Positions 1 to 13,005 are shown, counted from the stretch's first letter. The stretch is DNA of 64,000 bases from Octopus sinensis (GCF_006345805.1 NC_043012.1:49724001-49788000), one strand, 5' to 3'. The notes: generated from the sequence alone by a model not told the origin. A program made the numbers and translations.

Positions 1-283
1 CAAATTTATCGGCAGCAAATAAATATCAGCCGTCGATTCCATTACGGAATTAACCAAAAAATTCATAATTAATCAATTAGTTTACCATTAAACAGCGAAT
101 GAAACGGTATACCGTACAAGAAATTACAGGGTAAATGTTTTTTTTAATTTCTCCTGTTAACGGAATTGATCTTTATTTGCGGTAGAGCTTTGGCTGTTAT
201 TTCTAGTGGGTGAATGGCCTATTATGGCCGTTCCTTAATTGTTAATATATATATATATTATATATATATATAATATATATATA

Positions 284-316
<33 letters not shown>

Positions 317-378
317 GATATCTATATATATATATATAATATATTATATATATTATATTATATATATATATATATATT

Positions 379-612
379 GGGGGCTCGTGGCTTAGTGTTA
401 GAGTGTCAGCACCATGATCGTAAGATGGTGGTTTCTATTTCGGACCGGGCGACGCGTTGTGTTCTTGAGCAAAATACTTCATTTCACGTTGCTCCAGTCC
501 ACTCAGCTGGCAAAAATGAGTAACACCACTGCGTTGGTCCAGCTGGGGAACACATACGCCATTGAAACCGGGAGACCGGGTCCATGAGACTGGTTAGGCT
601 TTAAAAAGGGCG
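379..612 (+). mobile_element. tRNA-derived SINE (head + 'body A' + tail X)
   Basis: A-box-like TGGCTTAGTG, degenerate B-box, then body GTGTTCTTGAGCAAAATACTTCATTTCACGTTGCTCCAGTCCACTCAGCTG shared with 5781-6122; the tail (ATACGCCATTGAAACCGGGAGACCGG) resembles the tail of 31169-31445 and 63729-64000. Confidence 0.8.
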
Positions 613-616
613 CATT

Positions 617-684
<68 letters not shown>

Positions 685-752
685 GTATATATAATATATA
701 ATAAATATATATATTATATATAAATAAATAAATAAATTAAATAAATATATAA

Positions 753-783
<31 letters not shown>

Positions 784-790
784 TATATAT

Positions 791-1089
791 CACCTGACCG
801 ACCAGGTTATCAGATGTTGTTACAGATCGCTGGTCCCATGCGCTTCGCGTTGTTTTAGCCTCAAATGACGCCACTCCGCTGGCTAAGTGAGCAGGCCAAC
901 ATAAGAAAAAGTGAGAGAAATTTGTGGCGAAAGGGTACAGCAGGGATCACCATTACCCCCTGCCGGAGCCTCGTTGAGCTTTAGGTGTTTTCGCTCAATA
1001 AACACTCACAACACCCGGTCTGAGAATGGGCACAGCGATCCTACGACTGCGAGTTCGCTGCCCTAACCACTGGGCCATTGCGCCTCCAC
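791..1089 (-). mobile_element. tRNA(Arg)-like SINE (head + 'body B'), similar to octopus OR-type SINEs
   Basis: Minus strand starts GTGGAGGCGCAATGGCCCAGTGGTTAGGGCAGCGAACTCGCAGTCGTAGGATCG (A-box, TCG anticodon-like loop); body GTGTTTATTGAGCGAAAACACCTAAAGCTC recurs at 19154-19484, 23921-24082, 31169-31445 and 63729-64000. Confidence 0.85.
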
Positions 1090-1734
1090 ACACACACATA
1101 TATATATATGTATGCTCATGTACATGTGTGTGCGCGTTTATGCAAGCATATATGTATGTATTCCTGTATGTATGATGTATGTATGTATGTATGTATGTAT
1201 GTGTGCGTGCGTGCGTGTGCGCGCGTGCATGTGTGCGTGTGTGTGTCTGTGTATATACGTGTACGTTTGTAAGACACGCACATATATATGAATATATGTG
1301 CCGAAAATATATTTCAAAATTATGTTTAATAGCATTCTGAGTTTCGTAGGATTTAGAAGTGTAATATGTTGTAGATGAAGCAAATATCTGCATAAGTAGA
1401 AAATATCACTGTTAAATCGCTACTTATGGAAACATTTAAATTCTCATTTATAAACGGTGTACACAATAAAGAGATACACAGAAGAATATATATTGGAACA
1501 CGAGTCAATAAAACAATTTCCAGCAGACTAATGGATCCACCCATAGACTAATACAGAAAGGAAATCTGTGAAAAAGAAAAAAAATATATGCACCCAACAA
1601 ACTATTCGAATTAACGAGTCAGACATATGTGCATTACGCAAAAGAAATCCATAGAATGTTTTGAATGCATTCACACAATGAAAACCTTCGTATCGCGAGG
1701 ACAAAGTGTGTTGCATTAGAGCATACACTATGAT

Positions 1735-1965
1735 AGGTAGAATACCAAAATAATTAAACTTAAGATTAATGCAGTTCTATATTTTAGAGATGAGGAATTA
1801 TGTACATTATTTACATTATTTATATTATTTACATTCGACGGATATTTGCCCTCATCTTGTTTGTAGTTAACACAACGTTTCGGCTGATATACCCTTCTGC
1901 CTTGTTCAGGTGTCTTGGGGAAATTTCGAACCTGGGTTCTCATTCCTAAGGTATTTTTCGATGTT
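1735..1965 (-). mobile_element. PLE pLTR-like repeat carrying a degenerate minimal hammerhead motif
   Basis: Minus strand 1914-1869 reads GACAC-CTGAACA-A-GGC..GCC-GAAA-CG-TT-GTGTT; abuts a (TTA)n tract at 1966-2035. Confidence 0.55.
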
Positions 1966-1975
1966 GTTATTATTA

Positions 1976-2035
<60 letters not shown>

Positions 2036-2119
2036 GTGTTGTTGTTGTTATTGTTCAGATTACTATTTGAAATCGAACTCGGAATGTTTGGGTTGTATGT
2101 ATGTATGTATGTATCTATC

Positions 2120-2154
<35 letters not shown>

Positions 2155-3674
2155 TATATATATATAAAAATCAAAAAAAGAAACAGGATATCGGGAACTG
2201 ATGTAGTACGACCGTTTCAAGCGACTCCAGTCAATCGACTTATGCAATCATTATATCAATTTAAACGCAGTGCTATCATCAGCTGCACAAATAAATATAA
2301 TTTTAACCAATTGGACACATTAATATAATTTTTCGCAAATACTTTAATAGAACAAGAAAATGGAAGAAATTCATGTTGTCGCTATTGTAGCTAAGAGTAG
2401 ACTATACTTCCAAGAATGGCATGAATGTCACTGGGGTAAGAGCTTTTAAAGGATTGTGGTTCAATTCTAATTCATTTGTCTTTTTATCAACTTATTTTGA
2501 TTTTATTCTCCTGAGTGATTTGGTGTTTCTACTTACTCTGTTCTACCTGGGGATAAAGTTGTCAGTGTCTTTCAAGCGTTTAATAGTGTTCATACCTTGA
2601 AAGGTGTCTACCTTGACAACACAAACACTAAAAACTGGCGAGGAGGGAGACCTTTTAACATGTTTAGGAAATAAATTCAGCACAAATTGCACACCATTGC
2701 CTGTCCATCAGAATGAAATTTCTTTTAGAACTGTTTTAAACATCTTCATGGCAGTACCAAACCTTCAGTTACTTTCAGTGGTCCGTTGAGGAAACTCTGT
2801 GTAATTGATTACCAAGATCAGCCACAAGTGGATGTCACCAATCTCAGTGGCCCCCCTTGGATGACATGGAATTTGATGAGGTGACACAGTAATGATCAGA
2901 GGCTTATTTTAGAGTATGTATTAGGAATTTCCAGGTGTAATGTCAACCCAAGGTTTCCTGCCTATGGAAATCCAGCGCCGTATCACTCTGTCAAGAGAGT
3001 TCCAATTTTATAGTGAAATAAAAATAAAATTTATTATTCTTCTTTCAAAAGTGGGAAGCCAGCCAAAAAGATGCTGAAGGAGATAACAAAATTGACCTCA
3101 CATACTGGTCAGCATTAGTCAACCTTTCTCAAAGTGTAATCTGCGAGCCTGCTCTCGCAGAAGAGTTTTCGAGTCAAGAAGGATTACTGAATAGCAACAA
3201 GCTTGAGCTTCCTGGTTTGCTTTCACATTCCCAGAGTGTTTAAAGGGCAGTGAAGCTGACATCTGAAGCTTTCCATACTGTATGACCCCTTCCCTTGTTT
3301 CTAAGGGCTCCTACAGTGAAAATTATGATGATTTTGGCATCTAAATTTGTCTTATTTGACTCTATAGAGTTCTTACTCGTTTTCAATAAAGGTGCAACAT
3401 TTTTGTGCATTTTTCAAATGACAGTAACATGAGGTTTCGACTGAAAAGAGTAAAAAGGCGATGTTTTTTGTTACAGTATTTTGAAACTTTTGAAAGTTTC
3501 CTGAAAAAAATGAGTAAAGCTGGGGAGATGGATTTTTTTGTCAGTTATTATCATATTAAGCCCTTAGTATCTTGATTAGTCCAAAGTCATTAACTGTAAA
3601 AGTATGGAAAATCAACCAGCCCTGATATAAATAGACAAGTAGAGAGACAACAAATACATGTATATATATAATAT

Positions 3675-3721
<47 letters not shown>

Positions 3722-4812
3722 GCATACATACATTTACATACATACATATATGTATACATATCTATTTTGTATATAAATGTAATATATGTATAGGCATGCA
3801 AATATATTTGCATATATTTATTCATAACTATACGTATATTGTATTATACAGACATGCGTATAATCAAATTAGATATATTAAATATAACAGTTTGGGTATG
3901 AAATACAAGGTAAGTATATAGGTATGCATGCAAAACTAGAGAAAGCAATAAGTGATGACTTTCAGAAGATGAATATTTAAGTATATTTAAGATATTTAAG
4001 TATATTTATGTATAAATATATAGAAAATTATATTTATAGATCCAAAGTACAAGAAGTACAAACGACAGAGAAATTTAAAGGAGAGGAAGAAAGTCCAGTA
4101 ATTGTTTCTGGGGGCTCGGAGTTTTATTATAATGTTGGTAGATGGAATTGATCAGAATTCGCGGCCGTAATGGAAGTAATCAACATAGGATAAATCGAGC
4201 CCCCGGAAAAAAGTACAAACATTGGTATTATATGTGTGTGTGTGTAAGTGTTTGTGTGTGTGTGAGCGTGTGCGTGTGTGTGTATATATGTAAGCAGAGA
4301 GAGAGAGAGAGAGAGAGAGATAAAGATTTACAGAAGCGAAGAACATGGAAGGGATAAAGCGTGTGGGTAAAACTGAAAATGAAATGATAAAATGGCTTCC
4401 ATGAAAAAGAGCACAGTGTGTTAGCGAGATTTAGAGTTTCTCACATCGTTCCTCTGCGCGTGTGTGCGTCTGTTAAAGAAAGAGAACTAAAGAGAGGGAG
4501 AGAGCAGAAGAGAAGAAACAGGAAGGTTCAGAGACGTACATAGGGAGAGAAAGAAAAAGAAAGCGTGAGAGTGAGAGGGAGAGAGAGATAAGAGAGAGAC
4601 ATAATTTGCAATGGGCGTTGGAAATGTGAACGCGACAGCAAAACTTTACGATTCGAAGAGAAGGCATTTCATTTAGCTCAAACATCTGTTTCTAATCACA
4701 GATGGATTATTTATGCTTGTAGAACAAAATATCCAAATATCCATTATAGTGCAAGTACTTTTTTTACCCTCGTGAAATCCTTATCCCCAAATGTCTGCGT
4801 ATATACATACAT

Positions 4813-4873
<61 letters not shown>

Positions 4874-4905
4874 GTATAGACACACAAACCCCCACCCCCA
4901 CATAT

Positions 4906-4952
<47 letters not shown>

Positions 4953-5072
4953 ATGTGTATGTAGGAATTAAAATCAGGGTATAACATGCACCTGTTTGCT
5001 AAAGAGAAGAATTAAAACTCTCCAAAGCCATGCATCTCTGATCATATGTAAACACGGATAGATAATGTATAT

Positions 5073-5121
<49 letters not shown>

Positions 5122-5252
5122 ATATATATTATATATATATGTATATATATATGCATATTTATACAAATATAGATATACACATGAATATACATACATATAC
5201 ATACGTATACATACATATACATATATATATATATATTGTATGTATATATATA

Positions 5253-5393
<141 letters not shown>

Positions 5394-5439
5394 TTTCTCC
5401 CTTTATAGCAGTTACACACACACACACACACACACACAC

Positions 5440-5475
<36 letters not shown>

Positions 5476-5639
5476 AAGAAATAAGTTTTGAATGGTCTGA
5501 TATCAGACTATGGATGACTAAATTACAAGTTACATAGCCCATTGTCTTTATTATAGTGCATTGTTGTACCATTCAAAACTTTTATTCTTTACAAACAATA
5601 CACAATGCTTCAAGCGAACTACAATACTCTCCTATATGC

Positions 5640-5713
<74 letters not shown>

Positions 5714-5780
5714 GCGCGTGTGTGTTTGTGCGTGTGTATGTGTGTGTATGTGTGTGTGTGTATAATGAGAGAGTGAGAGA

Positions 5781-6122
5781 AAGGAGAGACCTCCTTTGGT
5801 TGCGTATGATCAAGGGATTGCTCTGGGAAAGTTCTCCCCCGAGGCACAACTCCGGGTAAAGTTGTTTATGGAAGAGCAGCAATCACCCATGCATACCTGC
5901 CTCCCCTCTACACGCCACCGATGTTATCCAAGCCAAAGGCAAAGTCCTATACAGTTTGGAGCCCGTGACGTCGGAAGCACATTTCTACAGCTGAGTGAAC
6001 TGGAGCAACGTGAAATAAAGTGTGTTACTCTAGAACATAATACGCAGCCCTCTGCGGGTGCCGAACTTGCTACCTAACGATTGTGAGGACGATTCTCTAG
6101 ACACTGAGCCATGCGCCTTCAT
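5781..6122 (-). mobile_element. tRNA-derived SINE (head + 'body A' + tail Y)
   Basis: Minus strand GAAGGCGCATGGCTCAGTG head, body TTTATTTCACGTTGCTCCAGTTCACTCAGCTG as in 379-612, but a different 3' tail. Confidence 0.8.
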
Positions 6123-7343
6123 ACACACGCAAACACACAGATACACGCACACACACACGCAGACTCACACAGACACACACAGTCGCACGTCTGTACATAC
6201 ATCCATACACACATACATACCTGTGTGCGTACAATATAATGAAATATATTTCTTACCCTCTCTTTTTTCTCTCACGTTTTATACACGTATACAGCAATAT
6301 ATTTCTACACACACACACATACACACATTCATATATATACAGTTACGTATGCACTCATATTTATTTGATTGTTTATGTCCATCTGCATGTGTGTGTTTAT
6401 GTAAGTGAGAATATGTGAGTATTTAAGCGTATACATACACTTACATGCATATTTACTTTCAAGCAAGTATACTATGAGTTTACATTTTATGTGTAATTAG
6501 ATATGACTATAAATAAATAGGTAGGAAATTTATTACAAAGGCAGACAAGCTGATAGAGAGATACATAAATTTATAGTCAGAAGATACCACACATATATAC
6601 ATAGATATATATACATGCCTAGAGTGTCGTTTTTTGCAGAAACATTTTCGTGTCTTAGCTGTCATTGGAGATAAAGTTTCCATAATAATATAAACACATG
6701 TGTACGAATTTAAATATATATTTATTGACTTAAATATTAGTAGAGTGCACCCGTTACTGATGTATAAATCACAGTTTCTTATATGTTCTTATACCCATAT
6801 ATTTTTTGCTATATATTTCTCCTTTAGTTTTTCAGTGCGGGTGTGTAAGCGCCTATGCTTCCGACTGATTGGGATTTACATACCGAGATAAATCAGACAA
6901 GCTGTCTCGTGTATACGGGTGTGTGAATGTATGCAAACAAGTATGTCACTTTAAAGGTACAAATTCATATATTCATCTAGAAATGTCTATGTGTGTGTGT
7001 CTTAAAAAATAAGGTTACAAAGGAATAAACGAAAATTTTATGAACTTCATTATGTTGCAGCTCTTTTTGTTAAGATGCAGTGGACTCATACTTGAATAGC
7101 TGTGTAACAACTTACAGCTTCTTCAAAGCTACTTCTTATAACTATGAATTCACTGCATCTTATCTTGGAAACAGCTGTAAGCTGATGAATTTCACTCGTT
7201 TATTACTTTGTGATTTCATTTTCTTATTACCGCTCTCTACTCGAGTTCTACACCAGGTTATTTGTCCGCAATGCCTTAGTAATACACGCACACACACCAC
7301 ACACACACAGACATACACACACACACACACACCACACACATAT

Positions 7344-7428
<85 letters not shown>

Positions 7429-8070
7429 AGTACATATGTGTGTACGTGCGTATCTCCGTCGTAATTCGCCTCGCGCTCGTAATAGACGAATCAGTTACTA
7501 TGAGGAATTGTTTGTACTGAAACAGCTTGCAGTGCCTTTCAAAAGATACATCGTATGTTAATAATAAAACACAAGGCCTAAAACGAATTTTTAGATCGCT
7601 ACACTGCAGAACGTTCATCTTAACCAGTGTGTGTGTGTGTGCATCCTTTCTTCTCTTACTTGTTTCAGTCAGTTGACTACGGCCATGCTGGAGCACCACA
7701 TAAAAGTGTTATAGTCAAAGAAGACGAACCCAGGACGTATTCTTTGTAAGCCTAGTACTTATTCCATCGGTCTCCTGCACCTAATCTCTTAGTTACATAT
7801 AAGATAAAGAATATAACTAGATATAAGAGTTAAAATCCTCAAATAAGCCATTAATCACACAGAAAAACACAACGGACCAGCAGAAATCATGAAAACGAGC
7901 AAAAATTTGAAAAACTCAGCTTAAAGCTGGTACATCCTGTAGCTTCTATTATAATTATAATTCTATTGTATAGCAATTTAACACTATAATTACTTGCTGA
8001 CCACTAATATTGTTATCGCTGTTGTTGTTATCACTGATTTATATTTACTGCTGATTAAAATAATAATAAC

Positions 8071-8629
8071 GCCTTGATGCAGTACTAGGTAGTGGCTCTC
8101 ATGGCTTCTGATCTTAACTGATTGGAAATGTTATCTTGTACATTGTTTGTCTTGTTATAAAAGATGGCCTGCAGCAAATATCCTGCTCAATACAACAGAT
8201 GTGCTTGGCAGTTGCTTCACCTTAACCTGTTGAGCAGGTCCATTAGTGACTGATAATGTGTGCATATCTGATCGCAAGCAGAATTAGTGGGGTGACCATC
8301 AGAGTCATGTGTTGAGAGAAATCCTTTGCGGTTTGAATAATTCACCTCTGGAAACATGAGTGTTTTGTTCATTATCCTTAAACAAACCTTATTCAGGGAC
8401 ATTTTGAGCGGGATGGGCTACTCAATCTGAGAAAATTGTAACTAGGCCCCATCTGCAAGTATATCTTGATATGAGAACACTATGTCGCGCACATATAGTT
8501 ATGATGCATGTGCATGATGTACCCTTATCAGACGGCTTGTCATGATGCGTATGCTGGGCTTCGTATATTTGTAACCCAGTGGCACTTTCATTGCATGCGC
8601 TGCTCTTTCACTCAATCATAATAATAATA
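8071..8629 (+). mobile_element. ~550-bp non-coding interspersed repeat bounded by (AAT)n, copy 1
   Basis: Colinear with 22067-22590, 26340-26840, 28203-28538 and 41615-42085 (e.g. GGCTTCTGATCTTAACTGATTGGAA; CACCTCTGGAAACATG; CTCTCTCACTCAATAATAAT); AAT repeats on both sides. Confidence 0.85.
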
Positions 8630-8663
8630 CCTATATTGACATTCATTTCAATATTTACTTATG

Positions 8664-8778
<115 letters not shown>

Positions 8779-9258
8779 ATACAAATTGAGATAGGGGTTG
8801 TAAATGCAACCCACCATGGATACCATATATCCAATATACTGCTAGTGAGGTACCCAACAAAGTTAATACATAAATGTTAAGAATTGCGATACAATTAATT
8901 TATTTATTGTATTATATATGTGTGTGTGTAGAAATATAAAACGTGAGAGAACAAAGAGAGTGCAAGAAATATATTTCATTATATTGTACGCACACAGGTA
9001 TGTATGTGTGTATGTATATATGTACAGATGTGCGTATGTGTGTGTCTGTGTGAGTCTGCGTTTGTGTGTATGTATCTGTGTGTTTGCGTGTGTATGAAGG
9101 CGTATGGCTCAGTGTCTAGAGAATCGTCCTTTACCCTGCATTATTATGTTTAACCTTATAGTTTCTTATGTAGTGGTTTAATAAAGTATGTGATTGAGTA
9201 TTATCTGGTAATTGATATTTGATTTCGATGTATTTCCCATTTTCTTATTTTGAATATA

Positions 9259-9321
<63 letters not shown>

Positions 9322-9416
9322 TATATTATATATATATATACATATAGACATACTACATATATATATTTATTATGTATATATATATATAATATATGTATAT
9401 ATATTTAAGTAGGTGA

Positions 9417-9785
9417 ATGAATTATCCTAGTATGGAAAATTCTTCCGGTACCGATGTCTTCTTCTATATTGGTGCGTCAACTTCAAAATTGCCCGAGAGA
9501 ATCTCCAACCATTATTCAACTTTCCGTGATAGGAGAAAACAGCAAAGTACAGGACTAAGTAAATTGGTTTGGCGTCTTAAGGACAACAATATAGCTTTCA
9601 AGTTGGATTGGTCCATATTGTCTGTATCCTTTCCTTTTGATAAGGGCAGAAAATATTGTGGCATTTGTAATTCTGAACTCTTCTATATACTTTTCGCCAA
9701 GGTTCCCTTGGTAAACACACTCATAGAAAAATCGTATAAGTGCAAGCATTGGCAAAAACACACTTTCCGCTCATATAAATCATAA
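9417..9785 (+). pseudogene. C-terminal GIY-YIG endonuclease fragment of a 5'-truncated Penelope-like element (element ~9405-10445)
   Basis: ORF contains YIGAST..ERISNHYSTF...STGLSKLVWRLKD...WSILS...C GIC.SE...LVN...CKH, the typical PLE endonuclease C-terminal pattern; followed by a pLTR-like region with a hammerhead; flanked by (TA)n. Confidence 0.85.
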
Positions 9786-10300
9786 ATAATATAGATAAAC
9801 TCTTTGGTTTTAATAATTAGTTTCACGTATATACCACTACTATAGACAAATTCTTTCTTTCTACCCCGTTAATTGGAACATTAATACTATATACCGTTAA
9901 CGTATGTTTATATCTATCTCTTTCCCTCTCCCCTTCTCTCTCTTTCGCTCTCTCTATCATACGCACAATCAAACACACAGACACATATTTTTGTCACATC
10001 ACTACTAGAGATATTTGACAATTTTCCTCCCCACACACACAACATAGACACAAATGAAGTCATATACACACACTCATACACACACATAAACACTCACACT
10101 CATTAACAAAAGCAAACACCCGCGCATCCCCATTCATATAGCATACTTTCGGTTCCCTTCCTATTTTTAGTACTTCCTCCTTCCAACCAATTTTGACGTC
10201 ATTGCTTATAACGGATTATTTGAAAAAAACAATCATTATCATCGTGGACACAATGTAGGCAGTCATGAAAAAGTTTTTGTTCGTCTTGAGACTGATAGAG

Positions 10301-10401
10301 GTTCCTTGTCTTTCCTGAAGAGAAGACGGCATAATGCACCTTTTATTCCTTCGGAATTAAGAGTATGCAGTCTTCGAAACATGTGTCGAGAGTAAAGGAA
10401 T
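10301..10401 (+). ncRNA. Type I hammerhead ribozyme motif with intact core
   Basis: Stem I CTTTC(10310-14)/GAGAG(10388-92) plus distal TTCCTT/AAGGAA; core CTGAAGA 10315-21; stem II GAAGAC(10322-27)/GTCTTC(10370-75); GAAA 10376-79; short stem III AC-ATGT-GT; GUC cleavage triplet ending at 10387. Confidence 0.8.
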
Positions 10402-11215
10402 TTTGTTAAAATATTCGTTCGACTCCATTCTTTCATTTATTCATATATGTATATATATATATATATATCAATTCATGGGGTGGAGTTAATGTTAATTCAT
10501 TGTTAATTAACTGAGGCCAAACCGAACTTCATTGCACGGTTTCCTATCGAAGGTGAAGTTTCACACATGATTGGTTAGTCGCCAGATCTCATGTCTTTCG
10601 AGTCATGTAACGTTGACCACAAATGCTTTTTAGGATCGACCATTTGTTGACATGATGCCACATGTATTTATTATGCCATTGGAAACAGTCCGCAATTATG
10701 TGTAAAGCAACCTTCTAGGAAAGATAACCACGACTCAACTATCCCTGATGTAGTAAATACGAACATGACAGTATTTTAGAGCTATATATGGGAACCATAT
10801 AATAAACACGGTGATTATAAAATTCTACGATCTCAAATATGTTGACTGAAGAAATATTTAGAGCCTCTCTAATGGAGCAAAAATCAAATATTACTTGAAA
10901 CCAGAGATGTTCTTTTGTTAAGCCACACGAGTAAATATATTTAGCCCTTTCAACGCGTTTAGCTTTTAACTGTGAACAAAACGCGTATAACCAGAATAAT
11001 ACAGGATAAATAGATTACATCTCTCTGCCGGAAGTTTACCAACTCACAAACCAGATGAAATCAACAGGAAGCCCACAGCATGTCATCTCAATGTTGCTGT
11101 ATCATCCGAAAGTACCGGAACTCTCTCTACGGAACATCGTCGGTAATAATTACATTCGAGCAGGAAGATCTCCGTAATGAGCTATGAATTTGTTGCACAC
11201 ACACACACACACGCA

Positions 11216-11271
<56 letters not shown>

Positions 11272-11404
11272 ACACACACACACATACACACACACACGCA
11301 AACAAGACGTTGTCGTGTATGGATGGTAAGAGGATTTTCTCTCGAAAACATGGTTCCATAATCTGACCAATTACGTGAAACGTAGGGAAAATGTCGATTA
11401 CGAA

Positions 11405-11468
11405 AGCTCTAGGCCGAACAAAGATTGTGAGTAGATATGGTAGATGGAAACTGAAAGAAGTTCAGCGG

Positions 11469-11552
<84 letters not shown>

Positions 11553-11700
11553 ATCTGATTGGTATTTCTACCCCCATGCAACTTGATAACCGGTATCTGT
11601 TAGTTTACATCCTGTGTTCAGCACAAGGGAGATAGAATAAGTGCCAGATTTAGAAATGATTACTGGTGTGGATTCGTTCAGTTTTTCAAGTTGGTACCCC
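11405..11700 (+). mobile_element. Degenerate CORE-like SINE: body + internal (TATC)n + 3' tail
   Basis: GTGAGTAGATATGGTAGATGGAAACTGAAAGAAG matches the body end of 63145-63298; (CTAT)n at 11470-11550; tail CTTGATAACCGG...GATAGAATAAGTGCCAG matches tails at 42870, 47435 and 56830. Confidence 0.65.
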
Positions 11701-11741
11701 GATCAAGAAGCTATTGAATACACGCATACAAATATATATGT

Positions 11742-11789
<48 letters not shown>

Positions 11790-11856
11790 AATATATGTAT
11801 GTATGTATGTATTTACATACATATATATATATATTATTTATATATATATATATATA

Positions 11857-11945
<89 letters not shown>

Positions 11946-11949
11946 TTAT

Positions 11950-12011
<62 letters not shown>

Positions 12012-12036
12012 TATATAATATATATATATATATATC

Positions 12037-12289
12037 AGAAATTAAAAAAGGAAAATACGCAAACTTACATAGTTTTAATATATTTTTTTAATGTATCGTC
12101 CGGTATCGCCATCGCTATTCATGATATTATGTTTTACACACAACATGGACAAAATTTCTTCTTAAGTAAAAATATATATTCAAGTAAGTAAAACCTAATA
12201 TCCTGAATAGCGATAGTGAAACCGGTCGATATATTACAAATTATATTAAAACTATGTAAGTGTGCGTATTTTCCTTTTTTTTTATTTCT
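12037..12289. mobile_element. Small fold-back element (~92-bp imperfect inverted arms) with hammerhead-like motifs
   Basis: 12037-12128 is the approximate reverse complement of 12197-12289; the right arm has ATATC-CTGAATA-GC GATA GT-GAAA-CCGG-TC-GATAT. Confidence 0.7.
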
Positions 12290-12344
12290 TATATACATTA
12301 TGTGGGGATAATCGAAATTCCTCTTTTCTGTTATATGTATATAT

Positions 12345-12386
<42 letters not shown>

Positions 12387-12493
12387 TAAGAAAGTTTGTT
12401 TGGTAAAGCACGTGGTGAATATAAGAAAATAGTAAAGAGTGAAAAAACGACAGAAGGCTTAAATGTTAAAAAATATATATATTTGCGTCAAAA

Positions 12494-12843
12494 TTGGAAG
12501 GATCAGAATTCTTCTTTAAAGAGGGACAGAAATTCAAGATCAAATCTAACTTTACTTGTGCCTCTGAAAACATAATTTATGTCATTAAATGCTCGGGCTG
12601 CCACCAAGACTACGTGGGGTCCACGGGACTATCACTCAGACGTAGATGCACACTGCATCGACAACAGATTGCATTCCCAGAATATAGAATGATACCTTTT
12701 AGTGAACACATTGAGAAATGCGCAAAGCAACTACAACCACACTTTTAATCTTTCCATTTTACCAATGTGCTTTCGGATCATCATCACAAATTAGACTAAA
12801 TAAGGAAACATTCTTCATTGAAAAGTACAAACCCAGACTCAAC
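12494..12843 (+). pseudogene. GIY-YIG endonuclease domain of a PLE (one frameshift near 12745)
   Basis: FTCASENIIYVIKCSGCHQDYVGSTG..LRRR..LHRQQI...SEHIEKC, then in the shifted frame IFPFYQ...RLNKETFFIEKYKPRLN: the GIY/YIG motifs, CxxC, catalytic R, E and terminal LN are all visible. A different family from 9417-9785. Confidence 0.9.
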
Positions 12844-13005
12844 TATCCGAACTCAATAATACAGAGAAATTCACACTAAAGGAAACAAATTTTTTAAGCG
12901 ATTATCTCCCTTACACCGGAAGAAATCACTCACTACTTTCCCTTATCTAGAACTCTCCGTAGCAAAAATACAAGGATTACGTTATTAAAATAAACATTAA
13001 GTCAC

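Noticed and set aside
1020-1089. tRNA-like sequences (also at 379, 57045, 63145 and 63729)
   Set aside because: These are SINE heads: degenerate T-arm or acceptor stem, continuing directly into SINE bodies; not functional tRNA genes.
2450-3560. Non-repetitive stretch that might be a decayed transposase or exon
   Set aside because: Frequent stops in all frames I read, and no motif recognised.
11355-11395. Hammerhead-like CTGACCA..GAAACGTA
   Set aside because: No stem II and a poor stem I; compatible with chance.
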